Shown here piece by piece: positions 50,610 through 60,193 of a DNA stretch of 64,000 nucleotides. The stretch comes from Candidatus Magasanikbacteria bacterium GW2011_GWA2_56_11 (GTDB lineage Bacteria > Patescibacteriota > Patescibacteriia > Magasanikbacterales > UBA922): the NCBI GenBank assembly GCA_001004885.1, contig LCRX01000009.1, forward strand, positions 1,459-65,458. The letters run 5' to 3'. How positions within the stretch are numbered: position 1 is the first letter of the stretch; each line of letters starts with the position of its first letter. A program made the position numbers and the translations under genes. The notes under the pieces were generated by a model. That model was not told the DNA's origin and ran no database searches. It saw only the letters and a program-made list of their open reading frames with translations.

Positions 50610-51590
50610 ATGCCCGCACTCGGTACCCGTACTTTTTATGAATTTCGTCTGCAGATCCCGGCCGACCTTTCCGGCGTGCTTGAGGTAGTAACGCGCGAAT
50701 TGGCGGCCAGCGCACCGGGGAACGGCGCGCCAGAGCTCGCCAAACTGTACCAGTATTTGGAGCCTCTGTACCGGTTGGCAAGCAATCCCTCGCCCCGTCT
50801 GCCGGAAGGGGTCATTGACCAGGCGACAGTCTCCCTGCTCGATGCGGATCTGGCCGACATGGCCTTGGATCCCGATCTTGATCCGGAGCTGGTCATCGCT
50901 CTGTCGGTGGAGATATCATTGGTGGCGGCCGCTACCGGCAATATGAAAGGTATCACGCCGTACACGTTCGAAGAATTTAAGGCCGTGCTTGCCGGCACCG
51001 ACGCAATTTACCACGATATTATTTTTGTCCACACGCTGCGGAGTCTTATCGGCGGACCGGGCAATCAGGAATACGCCGCGCATATTCTCAAAGCCCTGCC
51101 CGGCAAAACCAGCCGGGAGGATAACTATGCCGGCTATTTCTGGGATTCGGCTTTGGTATTCTCCCTGCTGCTCCAGGCCGCCTGGAGGTTTTTTCCGAGC
51201 CTGCCTTCGGTATCCCAGCAATACTTGCTGCAAAATTATTTTTATCAGGCGCTCGCGTCCGGCGTGCCGGTTCGGTACTGGCTTGGGGCCGCTCTCGACC
51301 GCGGGCCGGTGGGTGGCAGCCGCACGCTCAGCAATTTTTTCGTGCAGGCCGTAACCGGCAGCCGCGAAGAAGTGGTGCTCAACCCCATAGCCGGCGAAGG
51401 ACGTAATTTGACCGAGTTTGTCCGGGGGTATTTTCGCGGGCTAACCGCCAATGAACTGCCGGCCATAGCCCAGGAAAAATACCTCAACTCTTTTTATGCC
51501 GATCCAGAGCTTAGAGAAGCGTTCGGACCGTGGGCCAGAGAACTCTTGACCATAATGGTGCTCCTGAAGGATGGCGCGATAAAGATTTAG
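50610..51590 (+). CDS. hypothetical protein, paralog of 49229-50605
   Basis: NYFYQALASGVPVR motif. Confidence 0.75.
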   Translation: MPALGTRTFYEFRLQIPADLSGVLEVVTRELAASAPGNGAPELAKLYQYLEPLYRLASNPSPRLPEGVIDQATVSLLDADLADMALDPDLDPELVIALSVEISLVAAATGNMKGITPYTFEEFKAVLAGTDAIYHDIIFVHTLRSLIGGPGNQEYAAHILKALPGKTSREDNYAGYFWDSALVFSLLLQAAWRFFPSLPSVSQQYLLQNYFYQALASGVPVRYWLGAALDRGPVGGSRTLSNFFVQAVTGSREEVVLNPIAGEGRNLTEFVRGYFRGLTANELPAIAQEKYLNSFYADPELREAFGPWARELLTIMVLLKDGAIKI

Positions 51591-51604
51591 CGCTTTTTTA
51601 GCTT

Positions 51605-52699
51605 ATGTCTGCCACCCCTACTATACTGGTAAAAAAAGCCGATGGCAGCACCGTCCGGATGACGCTCGCTGAGGCCAAAAAGCTCAGCCAGCCAAAAAAT
51701 CCACCCTCGTCTCTGCCGGCGGCTGCAGCGCCCTCCGCGTCGGAGGACGCCGGACCGGACCGGCTTTTGCCTTTGGCCACACCGGCAGCGGCCAGCCAGC
51801 CGGCGCCTAGCCGGGATAAGCCTCTTTTGGAGCACGAGATCCAAGATCACGAGGTGCCCCATCGGGATATTACCGGCGCGCCCGACTACGAGGCCGCGGT
51901 CGCGCGAATTGTGGCTGTGTCCGGAGCGGTCGTGCCTGCCGAGTTGCGGACCAGAGCGCGGTCGCTTATCGTGTCGGCCCTCAAGGGTATTCGCGATCAG
52001 GAACAATTCCAGGCGTACGCGCGGCAGGCGCCAAATGACGGCGGTTTGGGCTGGACCCCGGAGACTATCCGGGCTGTCTGGTCGCGTATCGAAGGCGAGC
52101 GGGCCAACGCGTCCCGGCTTCCGCTGCCGGCCGTAACCCAGAGTCTCTCTACCACTACCCCGGTGAAAGCTATTTTTCTTGACGAAGCGCGGGCCCAGGC
52201 CTCGGCAGCGTCTTTTTCCCGGCCGCCGCAGCCGGCGGGAGAGAATCCTCGGCCGGAGTTTGTCCGGCCGGCGCCGGCAGGTGGCCTGCCCATTCCGCCC
52301 CCGGCGGCCAGGCCGGGCATGGCCCTGTCCCGTCCGGTACTCCATGACGTGGCGCCGGCCAGAGAAGCCAGGAATTCTCCGGTGACCGGGCCGATAGAGG
52401 AGATACAGACTTTCTCGCTCAAGGACTGGCGCCGTTTGGGAGCCACGCCACGCGCGGCGCGCGAGGCTCTTTTTGCCAAATTTAGCGGCTGGAAAGAAGA
52501 ATCATTGCTCCTGTTTTTGGACATACGCTCGGCCTGGCGCGAGAGTCCGCTGGTGCGCGAGTACCGGTCTCTCGCGGCCGAGGCGGTGAACTCCGGCCGG
52601 ACGATGCGGGAGGCGGCCGGCTCTCAGCCGGCCAAAGACAGGCTGACTGACGCGGATATTATGGAGATCGTTGAACTCAATAGCAGTTTAAGGGTATAA
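51605..52699 (+). CDS. T4SS-locus hypothetical protein with Pro/Ala-rich linkers
   Basis: Long ORF; C-terminal GPIEEI...DWRRLG...AWRESPL domain. Confidence 0.75.
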   Translation: MSATPTILVKKADGSTVRMTLAEAKKLSQPKNPPSSLPAAAAPSASEDAGPDRLLPLATPAAASQPAPSRDKPLLEHEIQDHEVPHRDITGAPDYEAAVARIVAVSGAVVPAELRTRARSLIVSALKGIRDQEQFQAYARQAPNDGGLGWTPETIRAVWSRIEGERANASRLPLPAVTQSLSTTTPVKAIFLDEARAQASAASFSRPPQPAGENPRPEFVRPAPAGGLPIPPPAARPGMALSRPVLHDVAPAREARNSPVTGPIEEIQTFSLKDWRRLGATPRAAREALFAKFSGWKEESLLLFLDIRSAWRESPLVREYRSLAAEAVNSGRTMREAAGSQPAKDRLTDADIMEIVELNSSLRV

Positions 52700-52712
52700 T
52701 ACCGGAGGCGGA

Positions 52713-52868
52713 GAACTCACAGCGAGTCCCCATTTTCGCCTCAAACATAGACTGATTTTCGCGGCCCCAAAACTCGCTCTTACAGGCTCAGACATTGGTG
52801 CCGCGAAAATCAGTCTATGTTTCGGCTCGACTTAGAAAATAGAATTGCTGATAACTCACTGTCAGTTC
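52713..52868. repeat. repeat family A copy 4
   Basis: Same TIR and hairpin; no TSD visible (GGA/ACT flanks). Confidence 0.9.
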
Positions 52869-52901
52869 ACTATTTAAAGATTTTATTTCCCAAAAAGTTT
52901 A

Positions 52902-53336
52902 ATGCAGCAGTTCGTAGTGCCGCAATTTATCGAAGTGGAGGACAAAATTTTCGGGCCGATCACGACCCGGCAATTTTTAATATTACTCGTGGGCGGGATA
53001 CTGGTTTTTTTGGCCTACCGGTACGCCGATCTGGCGCTGTTTATTTTTACCTTGGCTTTCATCGGCGGGGCCTCGCTGGTTCTGGCGTTCGTGAAGGTGA
53101 ACGGCCAGACATTCCATTACTTTATGCTCAATATCGCGCAGACTTTGCGCAAGCCGTCCCTGCGCGTGTGGCATAAAAGCTTTACCAAGGAGCAGCTCCA
53201 ACACTGGCGCCAAAGCGATCTGGCGCCGGAATCCGCGTCCGCGGCCGCCGCTGTGCCGGTCCGGCGGGAGAGAATCCGCGATCTGGCGCTCCTCGTGAAC
53301 ACCGGGGGATTTTACCGTCCCGACGACAGCGTTTAA
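52902..53336 (+). CDS. PrgI family (VirB3-like) protein
   Basis: QFVVPQFIEVEDKIFGPITTRQF plus two TM helices. Confidence 0.85.
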   Translation: MQQFVVPQFIEVEDKIFGPITTRQFLILLVGGILVFLAYRYADLALFIFTLAFIGGASLVLAFVKVNGQTFHYFMLNIAQTLRKPSLRVWHKSFTKEQLQHWRQSDLAPESASAAAAVPVRRERIRDLALLVNTGGFYRPDDSV

Positions 53337-53355
53337 CGGGACACGAATAAACCTT

Positions 53356-54048
53356 ATGCCGGACGACAAACTCAAAAAAAAGCCAAAACCCAAGCACCCC
53401 GCTACTCAGGCGCACCTGCCGGTGGCCGAAATCAAGGACGGCGTGGTGGTGCTCCGGGACGGCACCATGCGCGCGGTGCTGTTGGTGTCGAGCATCAATT
53501 TTTCTCTCAAGTCCGAAGACGAACAAAACGCGATCATTTCCTCTTATGTCGGCTTTCTGAATTCTCTCGATTTTCCGATTCAAATCGTCGTGCAGTCCCG
53601 CCGCTTGCAGATACGCCCCTACCTGGACCGGCTGATAAAAATGGAAAGGGAACAGGTGAACGAGCTTTTGCGGATCCAGACCGCGGATTATCGTTCGTTT
53701 GTCGAAGAGCTGGTGCAGATCGGGCAGATAATGACCAAGCGGTATTACGTTATCGTGCCTTATGATCCCCTGAGCAACAAGCGCAAAAGTTTTTGGTCCC
53801 GGTTCAAGGAAGTGGTCAAACCGGCGCTTAGCGTGCGGCTGAAAGAAGAAAGGTTCAAACAGCGCCAAGAAGATATCGCCTTGCGCGTGCGCCATATCGT
53901 GAGCGGTCTGTCGAGCATCGGGCTTTCGGCGGTTGAGCTCGACACGCAGGCATTGATAGAATTGTTTTATTCCACCTATAATCCGGATACCGCGTTCGCG
54001 GAGACGCTCAGCAACGTGGAAGATATCCGCCTGGAACAGGCCGCCTAA
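53356..54048 (+). CDS. TraC/VirB4 N-terminal-like T4SS accessory protein
   Basis: EIKDGVVVL, INFSLKSEDEQNAII, FLNSLDFPIQI, YNP; between PrgI and the ATPase. Confidence 0.8.
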   Translation: MPDDKLKKKPKPKHPATQAHLPVAEIKDGVVVLRDGTMRAVLLVSSINFSLKSEDEQNAIISSYVGFLNSLDFPIQIVVQSRRLQIRPYLDRLIKMEREQVNELLRIQTADYRSFVEELVQIGQIMTKRYYVIVPYDPLSNKRKSFWSRFKEVVKPALSVRLKEERFKQRQEDIALRVRHIVSGLSSIGLSAVELDTQALIELFYSTYNPDTAFAETLSNVEDIRLEQAA

Positions 54049-54052
54049 TTTT

Positions 54053-55918
54053 ATGCCCTTCAAGCCCATAGCTACCAAATCCGGCTCCGGCCTGTCTCCG
54101 GGCAAAAACGCCGACGAGAAAATAAAACTCCAGGAGGAACTTATCACCCTGGAGGAGGAGAGGCTGTACCGCGAAGGCACGGTCGCCATCCGCGATTTGA
54201 TCGCTCCCGCCGCGTTCCGCGTCGAGTCAAGTTTCATCCAGCTCGGGACCACTTATCTCCGGACGCTGTTTGTGGTTACTTATCCGCGTTACATTTCGGT
54301 GGGGTGGAGCGCGCCGATTCTAAACCTCAACTTGACGATGGATATCAGCATGTTTTTTTACCCGGTGAATTCGGCTATTATCCTAAAACAGCTCAAGAAA
54401 AAAGTCGGCGCCCTGGAGGCCCAGCTGTCGGCCGACGCGGAAAAGGGCGCGGCCCGCGATCCGTTGCGGGAGACGGCGTTGCGCGACATCGAGCAGCTGC
54501 GCGACGACCTGACCCAGGGAGTGGAACATTTTTTTCAGTTCGCGTTTTACGTTACCATCTACAGCCAGGATCAAAAAGACCTGGACAAGCTGACCGAAGA
54601 TATTGAGAATATTTTTGGCTCCCGGCTTATTTACAGCAAGAACGTCTTGTACCAGGCGGAGCAAGGTTTCACTTCCACCCTGCCTCTTTGCGTGGACGAG
54701 CTGGCGATTTGTTTCAACATGAACTCATCGCCCATCGCCGCCTCGTTCCCCTTCATCTCTTCCGAGCTGACGAGCGACGACGGGATACTGTACGGCATTA
54801 ATCGGCACAACAATAGCCTGGTTCTGTTTGACCGGTTTTCCCTGCAGAACGCCAATATGGTCGTTTTCGCCACCTCCGGCGCCGGCAAGTCTTACGCGGT
54901 CAAGCTGGAAGTGCTGCGCAGCCTGATGATGGGCACAGAGGTAATCATCATTGACCCCGAGATGGAGTACCTGCATCTTACCGAGGCCGTCGGGGGTACT
55001 TACATAAATATTTCTCTCTCTTCGGACAGCAAGGTAAACCCCTTCGATTTGCCCCGCCCGGTCGGCCAGCAGATCTCCACCGAGGACATCATCCGCAGCG
55101 CGGTGATTACGGCCAAAGGACTGCTGCGGATAATGTTCGGGACGATAACCGCGCAGGAGGACTCTATCTTGGATCGGGCGCTCCTCGAAACCTACGCCAA
55201 AAAGGACATTACGCCGGCGGCGGACTTGACCGCGGTCGAGCCGCCCATAATGCAGGATCTTTTGGATATCCTCGAAGGCATGCAAGGGGCGGAGCAGCTG
55301 GTTTTGAAACTGCGCAAATATACCGAAGGGACGTTCTCCGGCCTGTTCAATTCCCCGACCAATGTTAACGTGGTCAACCAGCTGGTGGTATTCAGCGTGC
55401 GCGACCTCGAGGACGAGCTCCGGCCGATGGCTATCTATTCCCTGGTTAACTATATCTGGAACATCGTCCGGTCCGAGCAGAAGAAGCGGATACTTATCAT
55501 TGACGAAGCCTGGTGGCTCATGGCGCACGAGGACAGCGCCAAATTCATTTACGCGCTGGTCAAACGCTGCCGCAAGTATTATCTCGGCGTGTCGACGATT
55601 ACCCAGGACGTAAACGACTTTTTGCGCTCGCCCTACGGGCAGGCGATCGTAACGAACTCCGCGCTCCAGCTCCTTTTGCGCCAGTCGCCGGCGGCGGTCG
55701 ACACGGTGCAGCGCGTTTTTATGCTGACCGAAGGAGAAAAGTATCTGCTTTTGGAAAGCGGCGTGGGCGAGGGCATATTTTTTGCCGGCAACAAACACGC
55801 GGCCATAAAGGTAGTCGCCTCCTACACCGAGGACCAGCTTATAACCTCCGACCCCAAGCAGCTTTTGGAAATTGAAAAGGCCAAACGGGAATTCGGGGGA
55901 CAGGCCGACCGATCCTGA
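54053..55918 (+). CDS. VirB4-like T4SS ATPase
   Basis: Walker A ATSGAGKS, IIDPE, Walker B IIDEAW, RKY, ITQ. Confidence 0.92.
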   Translation: MPFKPIATKSGSGLSPGKNADEKIKLQEELITLEEERLYREGTVAIRDLIAPAAFRVESSFIQLGTTYLRTLFVVTYPRYISVGWSAPILNLNLTMDISMFFYPVNSAIILKQLKKKVGALEAQLSADAEKGAARDPLRETALRDIEQLRDDLTQGVEHFFQFAFYVTIYSQDQKDLDKLTEDIENIFGSRLIYSKNVLYQAEQGFTSTLPLCVDELAICFNMNSSPIAASFPFISSELTSDDGILYGINRHNNSLVLFDRFSLQNANMVVFATSGAGKSYAVKLEVLRSLMMGTEVIIIDPEMEYLHLTEAVGGTYINISLSSDSKVNPFDLPRPVGQQISTEDIIRSAVITAKGLLRIMFGTITAQEDSILDRALLETYAKKDITPAADLTAVEPPIMQDLLDILEGMQGAEQLVLKLRKYTEGTFSGLFNSPTNVNVVNQLVVFSVRDLEDELRPMAIYSLVNYIWNIVRSEQKKRILIIDEAWWLMAHEDSAKFIYALVKRCRKYYLGVSTITQDVNDFLRSPYGQAIVTNSALQLLLRQSPAAVDTVQRVFMLTEGEKYLLLESGVGEGIFFAGNKHAAIKVVASYTEDQLITSDPKQLLEIEKAKREFGGQADRS

Positions 55919-55978
55919 GGGCAGCGGCGCCGGCTAAACCGGCGGCTTGAATCAGTTATCACCTAAATCTTTCTTGCT

Positions 55979-56581
55979 ATGCTGACTTTGCGCCAAAGAA
56001 TTTTTGCCGCCGCCAGTATCGTGGTGGCCTTGTTACTGGCGGTTATCTTGTATATGATTTATTTCCGGCGTCCGTCGGCGCCCGCTAATGACCGGAGGCC
56101 ATCGGGTTCTCCGTCGGCCGCGCTGCCCCAGCCGTCGGCCGCTGCCACGCAGAGGTACAGTGGGACGCAGCCTTTGCCTTCCGGCGGGTCCCGATCCGGG
56201 GTAATTTCCGAAGACGTTTATTTGCGCCAGTTGGCGAAAATTTTTGTGGAGCGCTTCTGGAGTTTTTCCAACCAAAACGGCAATCGGCACATTGCCGATA
56301 GCTTGGAGCTGGCCACGCCGAGCATGCAGGCTTGGATGAAAAGCCGCGCGGACGACGGCGCCGGCCTGTACGAGGGGGTAACGACAGAAATTCTGCGGGC
56401 TGAGGTCGTTTCCAAAGAAGGGGACAAAGCGGTCGTCGAGATCGGCGCCCAGCAAGAAATCAGTCAAAGAACTTCTACCACGACACCGACCGAAACCACT
56501 GTCGAAACCCGAACCGGACGGGTGGAATTGGAGCGGGTGGACGGCGAGTGGAAAGTAGATGCCTTGTACTGGGATAAATAA
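55979..56581 (+). CDS. bitopic membrane protein, possible VirB8/TcpC-like NTF2 fold
   Basis: N-terminal TM, P/S linker, FVERFWSFSNQ, C-terminal DGEWKVD. Confidence 0.65.
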   Translation: MLTLRQRIFAAASIVVALLLAVILYMIYFRRPSAPANDRRPSGSPSAALPQPSAAATQRYSGTQPLPSGGSRSGVISEDVYLRQLAKIFVERFWSFSNQNGNRHIADSLELATPSMQAWMKSRADDGAGLYEGVTTEILRAEVVSKEGDKAVVEIGAQQEISQRTSTTTPTETTVETRTGRVELERVDGEWKVDALYWDK

Positions 56582-56635
56582 CGGCCCCGGTCCGGTTTTC
56601 GCCGCCTAGTACCGCCGACTCTTGGCCGCGTAGTT

Positions 56636-56793
56636 GAGCTCACAGCGAGTTTCCCCCTTTTCGCCTCAAACATAGACTGGTTTTCGCGGCCCCAAAACTC
56701 GCTCTTACAGGCTCAGACATTGGTGCCGCGAAAATCAGTCTATGTTGCGGCTCGACTTAGAAAATAGAATCGCTAATAACTCACTATCAGTTC
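56636..56793. repeat. repeat family A copy 5
   Basis: Same TIR and hairpin; GTT duplication (56633-56635 and 56794-56796). Confidence 0.9.
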
Positions 56794-56845
56794 GTTGTAA
56801 TTGTACACAAAATTGGCGGCGGATTTTTTCAAATATTGGTCTGGT

Positions 56846-57562
56846 ATGACGATAAGGAGGGGGATCAGTCAGGCAGGCGTCTGGCTGGCCGAAGTTTTAT
56901 TTCCGCTCTTCTGCCTCAAGTGCGGGGCAGAAGGATCGATCCTGTGTTCCGTTTGCCGGGCGGCGCTCTCTCCCCCCGGCTTTTTTGCCTGCCCGCTCTG
57001 CCACCGGCCGCGGGCAGGGGGCAGAGCCTGCCGGCGCTGCCGGTCCGATTCGGCGCTTGACAGCCACTCGGCCCTGGCCGCGTACCGCGAGGACGATATC
57101 TGGGGACGGCTGATCCGGACCTGCAAGTATCAGTACGTGTCCCAGGCGGTTTTGGCTCTGGATCCGGCTATCGCCGCCTTTTGTCGGGCCAATCCATTTT
57201 TTTTCGGTTTCGGCCAGCCAGTCGTTATTCCGGTGCCATTACACCCCTGCCGGGAGGCCGAACGCGGTTTTAACCAGGCGAGCCTGGTAGCGCTGTCTCT
57301 GGCGGCGGCGCTCGGACTGCGCGTGGCGCCGCTTTTGGCCCGCCCAGCCTGGACGCGCCAACAAGCAAAACTCGGCCGCGGGGAGCGCGAACGCAATGTG
57401 CGGGGAGCTTTTTCGCTTGCCCGCGGCGTCTCGGAGGCGCCGCGGGCGGTTATTTTGGCCGATGATGTGTACACTACCGGCAGCACGATGCAGGAATGCG
57501 CCCGGGTCTTGAAAGCGGCCGGGGCCGGATGGGTAACCGGGTTTACCCTGGCCAGGGGATAG
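56846..57562 (+). CDS. comF: ComF family protein (Zn ribbons + PRTase domain)
   Basis: Four CxxC, PVPLH, ERGFNQ, ILADDVYTTGST. Confidence 0.92.
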   Translation: MTIRRGISQAGVWLAEVLFPLFCLKCGAEGSILCSVCRAALSPPGFFACPLCHRPRAGGRACRRCRSDSALDSHSALAAYREDDIWGRLIRTCKYQYVSQAVLALDPAIAAFCRANPFFFGFGQPVVIPVPLHPCREAERGFNQASLVALSLAAALGLRVAPLLARPAWTRQQAKLGRGERERNVRGAFSLARGVSEAPRAVILADDVYTTGSTMQECARVLKAAGAGWVTGFTLARG

Positions 57563-57607
57563 CCGGGCCGGCCAGAGCCGGCACTGACGGCGCTGTAGGA
57601 GCCGCGG

Positions 57608-57883
57608 TTAGCCGAACAAGTGTTTTATTTTTACGAGCTCATCGAGCAGCGAGCGGAGTTTCTCTTCCGCCTCTTTGTCGGCCGAAGGCATGGCATGGAA
57701 TTCCACCAGTTTGTTCAGGAACAGGTGGTAGATGTCGTTATAGTAATTGGCGAGGACGACGTCTTTTTCTTGGGCCGTTAGCTCGCGGTCGCGGATGAGG
57801 CGCGCGGCCGATGCGAGGGGGCCGTCGCCTACGACAAACTGGACCGTTTTTTCCCTCACGGTAGACGTGTAAGAAGAATACAT
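57608..57883 (-). CDS. hypothetical protein downstream of radC
   Basis: TATG start 10 nt after the radC stop, high GC3. Confidence 0.6.
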   Translation of the reverse strand: MYSSYTSTVREKTVQFVVGDGPLASAARLIRDRELTAQEKDVVLANYYNDIYHLFLNKLVEFHAMPSADKEAEEKLRSLLDELVKIKHLFG

Positions 57884-57893
57884 ACGATACGGT

Positions 57894-58640
57894 CTAACCG
57901 TAATCCACTTCGATGCTGGAAAATTTGCCCGCGCCGACGATGATGTGGTCAACGAGATGGATACCCACCATATTGCCCACGGCTACGAGCTGCCTGGTAA
58001 CGTCAATATCGGCCTGGCTGGGTTTGACGACGCCCGAAGGATGATTGTGGACCAGAATAACGGCCGCGGCGCCGTATTCAATCGCCGGTTTAAAGACTTC
58101 GCGCGGGTGGATGAGGTTGGCGTTGATGGTGCCGATAGAAATCACCTCGTCGTGAATCACGCGGTGGTGGGAGTTGAGGTAAATGCCGCGCAAATGCTCT
58201 TTGGGCAGGCGCGCCATCTCGGCCGCGTAGCGATAGACGTCTTTGGCCGTGCGCAACAGGGCCGGTCCGGTCGCTTTGCGCTCGTAAAAACGCCGGCCAA
58301 GTTCGCCCACGGCGACAATCTGGGCCGCTTTGACGAGCGGGATATCCAGGTCGCGGGCCAGGCTGGCGGCGTTTTTCTGGACCGACAGCGCCCGTTCGCC
58401 GTATTCTTTCACGACGCGAGAAGCCATGTTGAGGACGTCCTCTTTGACAGTGCCGGTGTTGATGATTACCGCCAGGAGCTCGTGCACCGAAAGATTTTCC
58501 GGGCCGTATTTGATAAGTTTCTCCCGGGGTTTGTCGTCGCCGGGCAGGTCCCTGATCTTAAGGACGTATGTTCGGCCCGGCTGGGGCCGCTCCTGCTCCA
58601 GCACAACCACGGCGGAGTCCCGCAGGGCGTAGGCTTGCAT
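57894..58640 (-). CDS. radC: RadC family (JAB domain) protein
   Basis: PREKL..YG, HPREVF, HNHPSG, DH. Confidence 0.93.
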   Translation of the reverse strand: MQAYALRDSAVVVLEQERPQPGRTYVLKIRDLPGDDKPREKLIKYGPENLSVHELLAVIINTGTVKEDVLNMASRVVKEYGERALSVQKNAASLARDLDIPLVKAAQIVAVGELGRRFYERKATGPALLRTAKDVYRYAAEMARLPKEHLRGIYLNSHHRVIHDEVISIGTINANLIHPREVFKPAIEYGAAAVILVHNHPSGVVKPSQADIDVTRQLVAVGNMVGIHLVDHIIVGAGKFSSIEVDYG

Positions 58641-58809
58641 AGAAGACGATTACGGGTGAATAAGAAGTGCGCTCTCTGAATACAATAGTATCCCAATTAG
58701 CCGGGTTATGCAATACAAAGAAGGCGGGACAGGCCTTGGCAAGGCCGGCGATTTTTGGACCTTAATAGCGATACTTTTATAGCGTATCCTCCACTTATTG
58801 CTTTTTGTC

Positions 58810-59385
58810 TTAACTAAAAACCCTGACAAGTTCTTCGTACAACCCTCTAAGCTGGTCTTCAGTTATATGCTCTCTCATTGGCAATAGACCTTCATTGCCA
58901 TTCAAAAATCTGGGCGTACCATCGGTTGGCAAAATTGCTTCGTCATCTTCGTGATGTTCTCGCAGATTATAGCTTGATAAATTTTCAACAGGATAGACCA
59001 AAATTTTACCTTGCGCCTCAGGATTAAATTGTCCATAAGTGCCATCGATTTCCCAGGGCTTTTCATCCAGCCTTGCTTCTGTCCAATAATGATACACCGT
59101 TTTATCTCCCCTTTGGGCGTGTCCGTAAACCACCCTGGCGTCAATGCCCCTGCGTCTTAAACCTTCAGCAACGGCAGTAGCCGCATAACCGCAGAGGTTA
59201 GGTTTTGACGGCGGAGCGTAAGGTCTTCTAGCTAACTGTTGGTCAATGATGTTGTCTGACATTGTTTCCAATATTTGAAAAAATAGCGATTTTCTTTCAC
59301 TTTCGCCCATAAATTTTAGCTGTTCTGGCCAGGCCATTTTTTCGCTTTCCACAAAATTTATTCCGGTATCGAATAATCTTCGCAT
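58810..59385 (-). CDS. low-GC hypothetical protein with a possible transglutaminase-like Cys-His-Asp triad
   Basis: LCGYAAT, HYWTE, IDGTYGQF. Confidence 0.6.
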   Translation of the reverse strand: MRRLFDTGINFVESEKMAWPEQLKFMGESERKSLFFQILETMSDNIIDQQLARRPYAPPSKPNLCGYAATAVAEGLRRRGIDARVVYGHAQRGDKTVYHYWTEARLDEKPWEIDGTYGQFNPEAQGKILVYPVENLSSYNLREHHEDDEAILPTDGTPRFLNGNEGLLPMREHITEDQLRGLYEELVRVFS

Positions 59386-59394
59386 ATTGAGTTT

Positions 59395-59475
59395 AAAAAT
59401 GGTAATTAGTGGGATTCGTAACCAAGCGGTATTGTACCATGTGCTTGGTTACGAATCCCACTAATTACCATTTTT
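59395..59475. repeat. perfect 33-bp inverted repeat
   Basis: AAAAATGGTAATTAGTGGGATTCGTAACCAAGC-15 nt-exact reverse complement. Confidence 0.9.
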
Positions 59476-59516
59476 CTTCTTTCCAGTTTCCGAAATCTAA
59501 ACCAACACTATTCCAA

Positions 59517-59773
59517 TCAAAATTTTTGTACTTTTGCATACTCTAAGTGTTTTTTGATAAACGATCTTCCTGAACCAGACTTTAAATATTTTTCGAAATT
59601 AAAGGCTGTATACTTATTTTTAAAAGCAAAATAGGCAATAAGTTCTACTGGCAATCTTTTTACTGTGGCAGGCACTTGGCCTTTTTGATGACGATCAATT
59701 CTTTCTTTCAAATTTGAGGTGCAGCCAGTATATGGCTTTTATCATCACATTCTAAGATATATACATAATACAT
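59517..59773 (-). pseudogene. GIY-YIG (UPF0213-like) nuclease with -1 frameshift
   Basis: MYYVYILECDDK / PYTGCTSNLKERIDRH...FEKYLKSGSGR; 257 nt, one base short in an A-run near 59738. Confidence 0.8.
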
Positions 59774-59931
59774 AAGCAACCCCTCCTTAATTTGTTTATT
59801 ATAGATATTACTATATCACAACGGCGGACTTTGTCCGCCGAAGCCTGCCCATTGATTTGTCGCGTATACAATGCTGTGAGCTAAAACATTGTACCCGCCT
59901 TCGCTCCTTTCGGAGCTACGGCGGGCGAAGG

Positions 59932-60018
59932 CGGAGAGAGTGGGATTCGAACCCACGAGGGACTTTCATCCCTACCTCGTTAGCAGTGAGGCGCTTTCGG
60001 CCACTCAGCCATCTCTCC
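59932..60018 (-). tRNA. tRNA-Ser(GCT)
   Basis: GGAGAGATGGCTGAGTGGCCGAAAGC...CT-GCT-AA...long variable arm...GGTTCGAATCCCACTCTCTCCG. Confidence 0.95.
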
Positions 60019-60193
60019 TCAACCGGTTATTAGGGCAGGCTGCCCCGGATACCAGAGATTTCCTTTCCGGTATTCGTTGCCCCGGCCGTTCACCTGATTT
60101 TTCGTCCCCTAATATACTCCAAACGGCGGCCAGCGTCAATAATCAGTCGCGGCTTGTGAGGCCGGGCCTTGGTCTGCTATACTACCCGGTATT

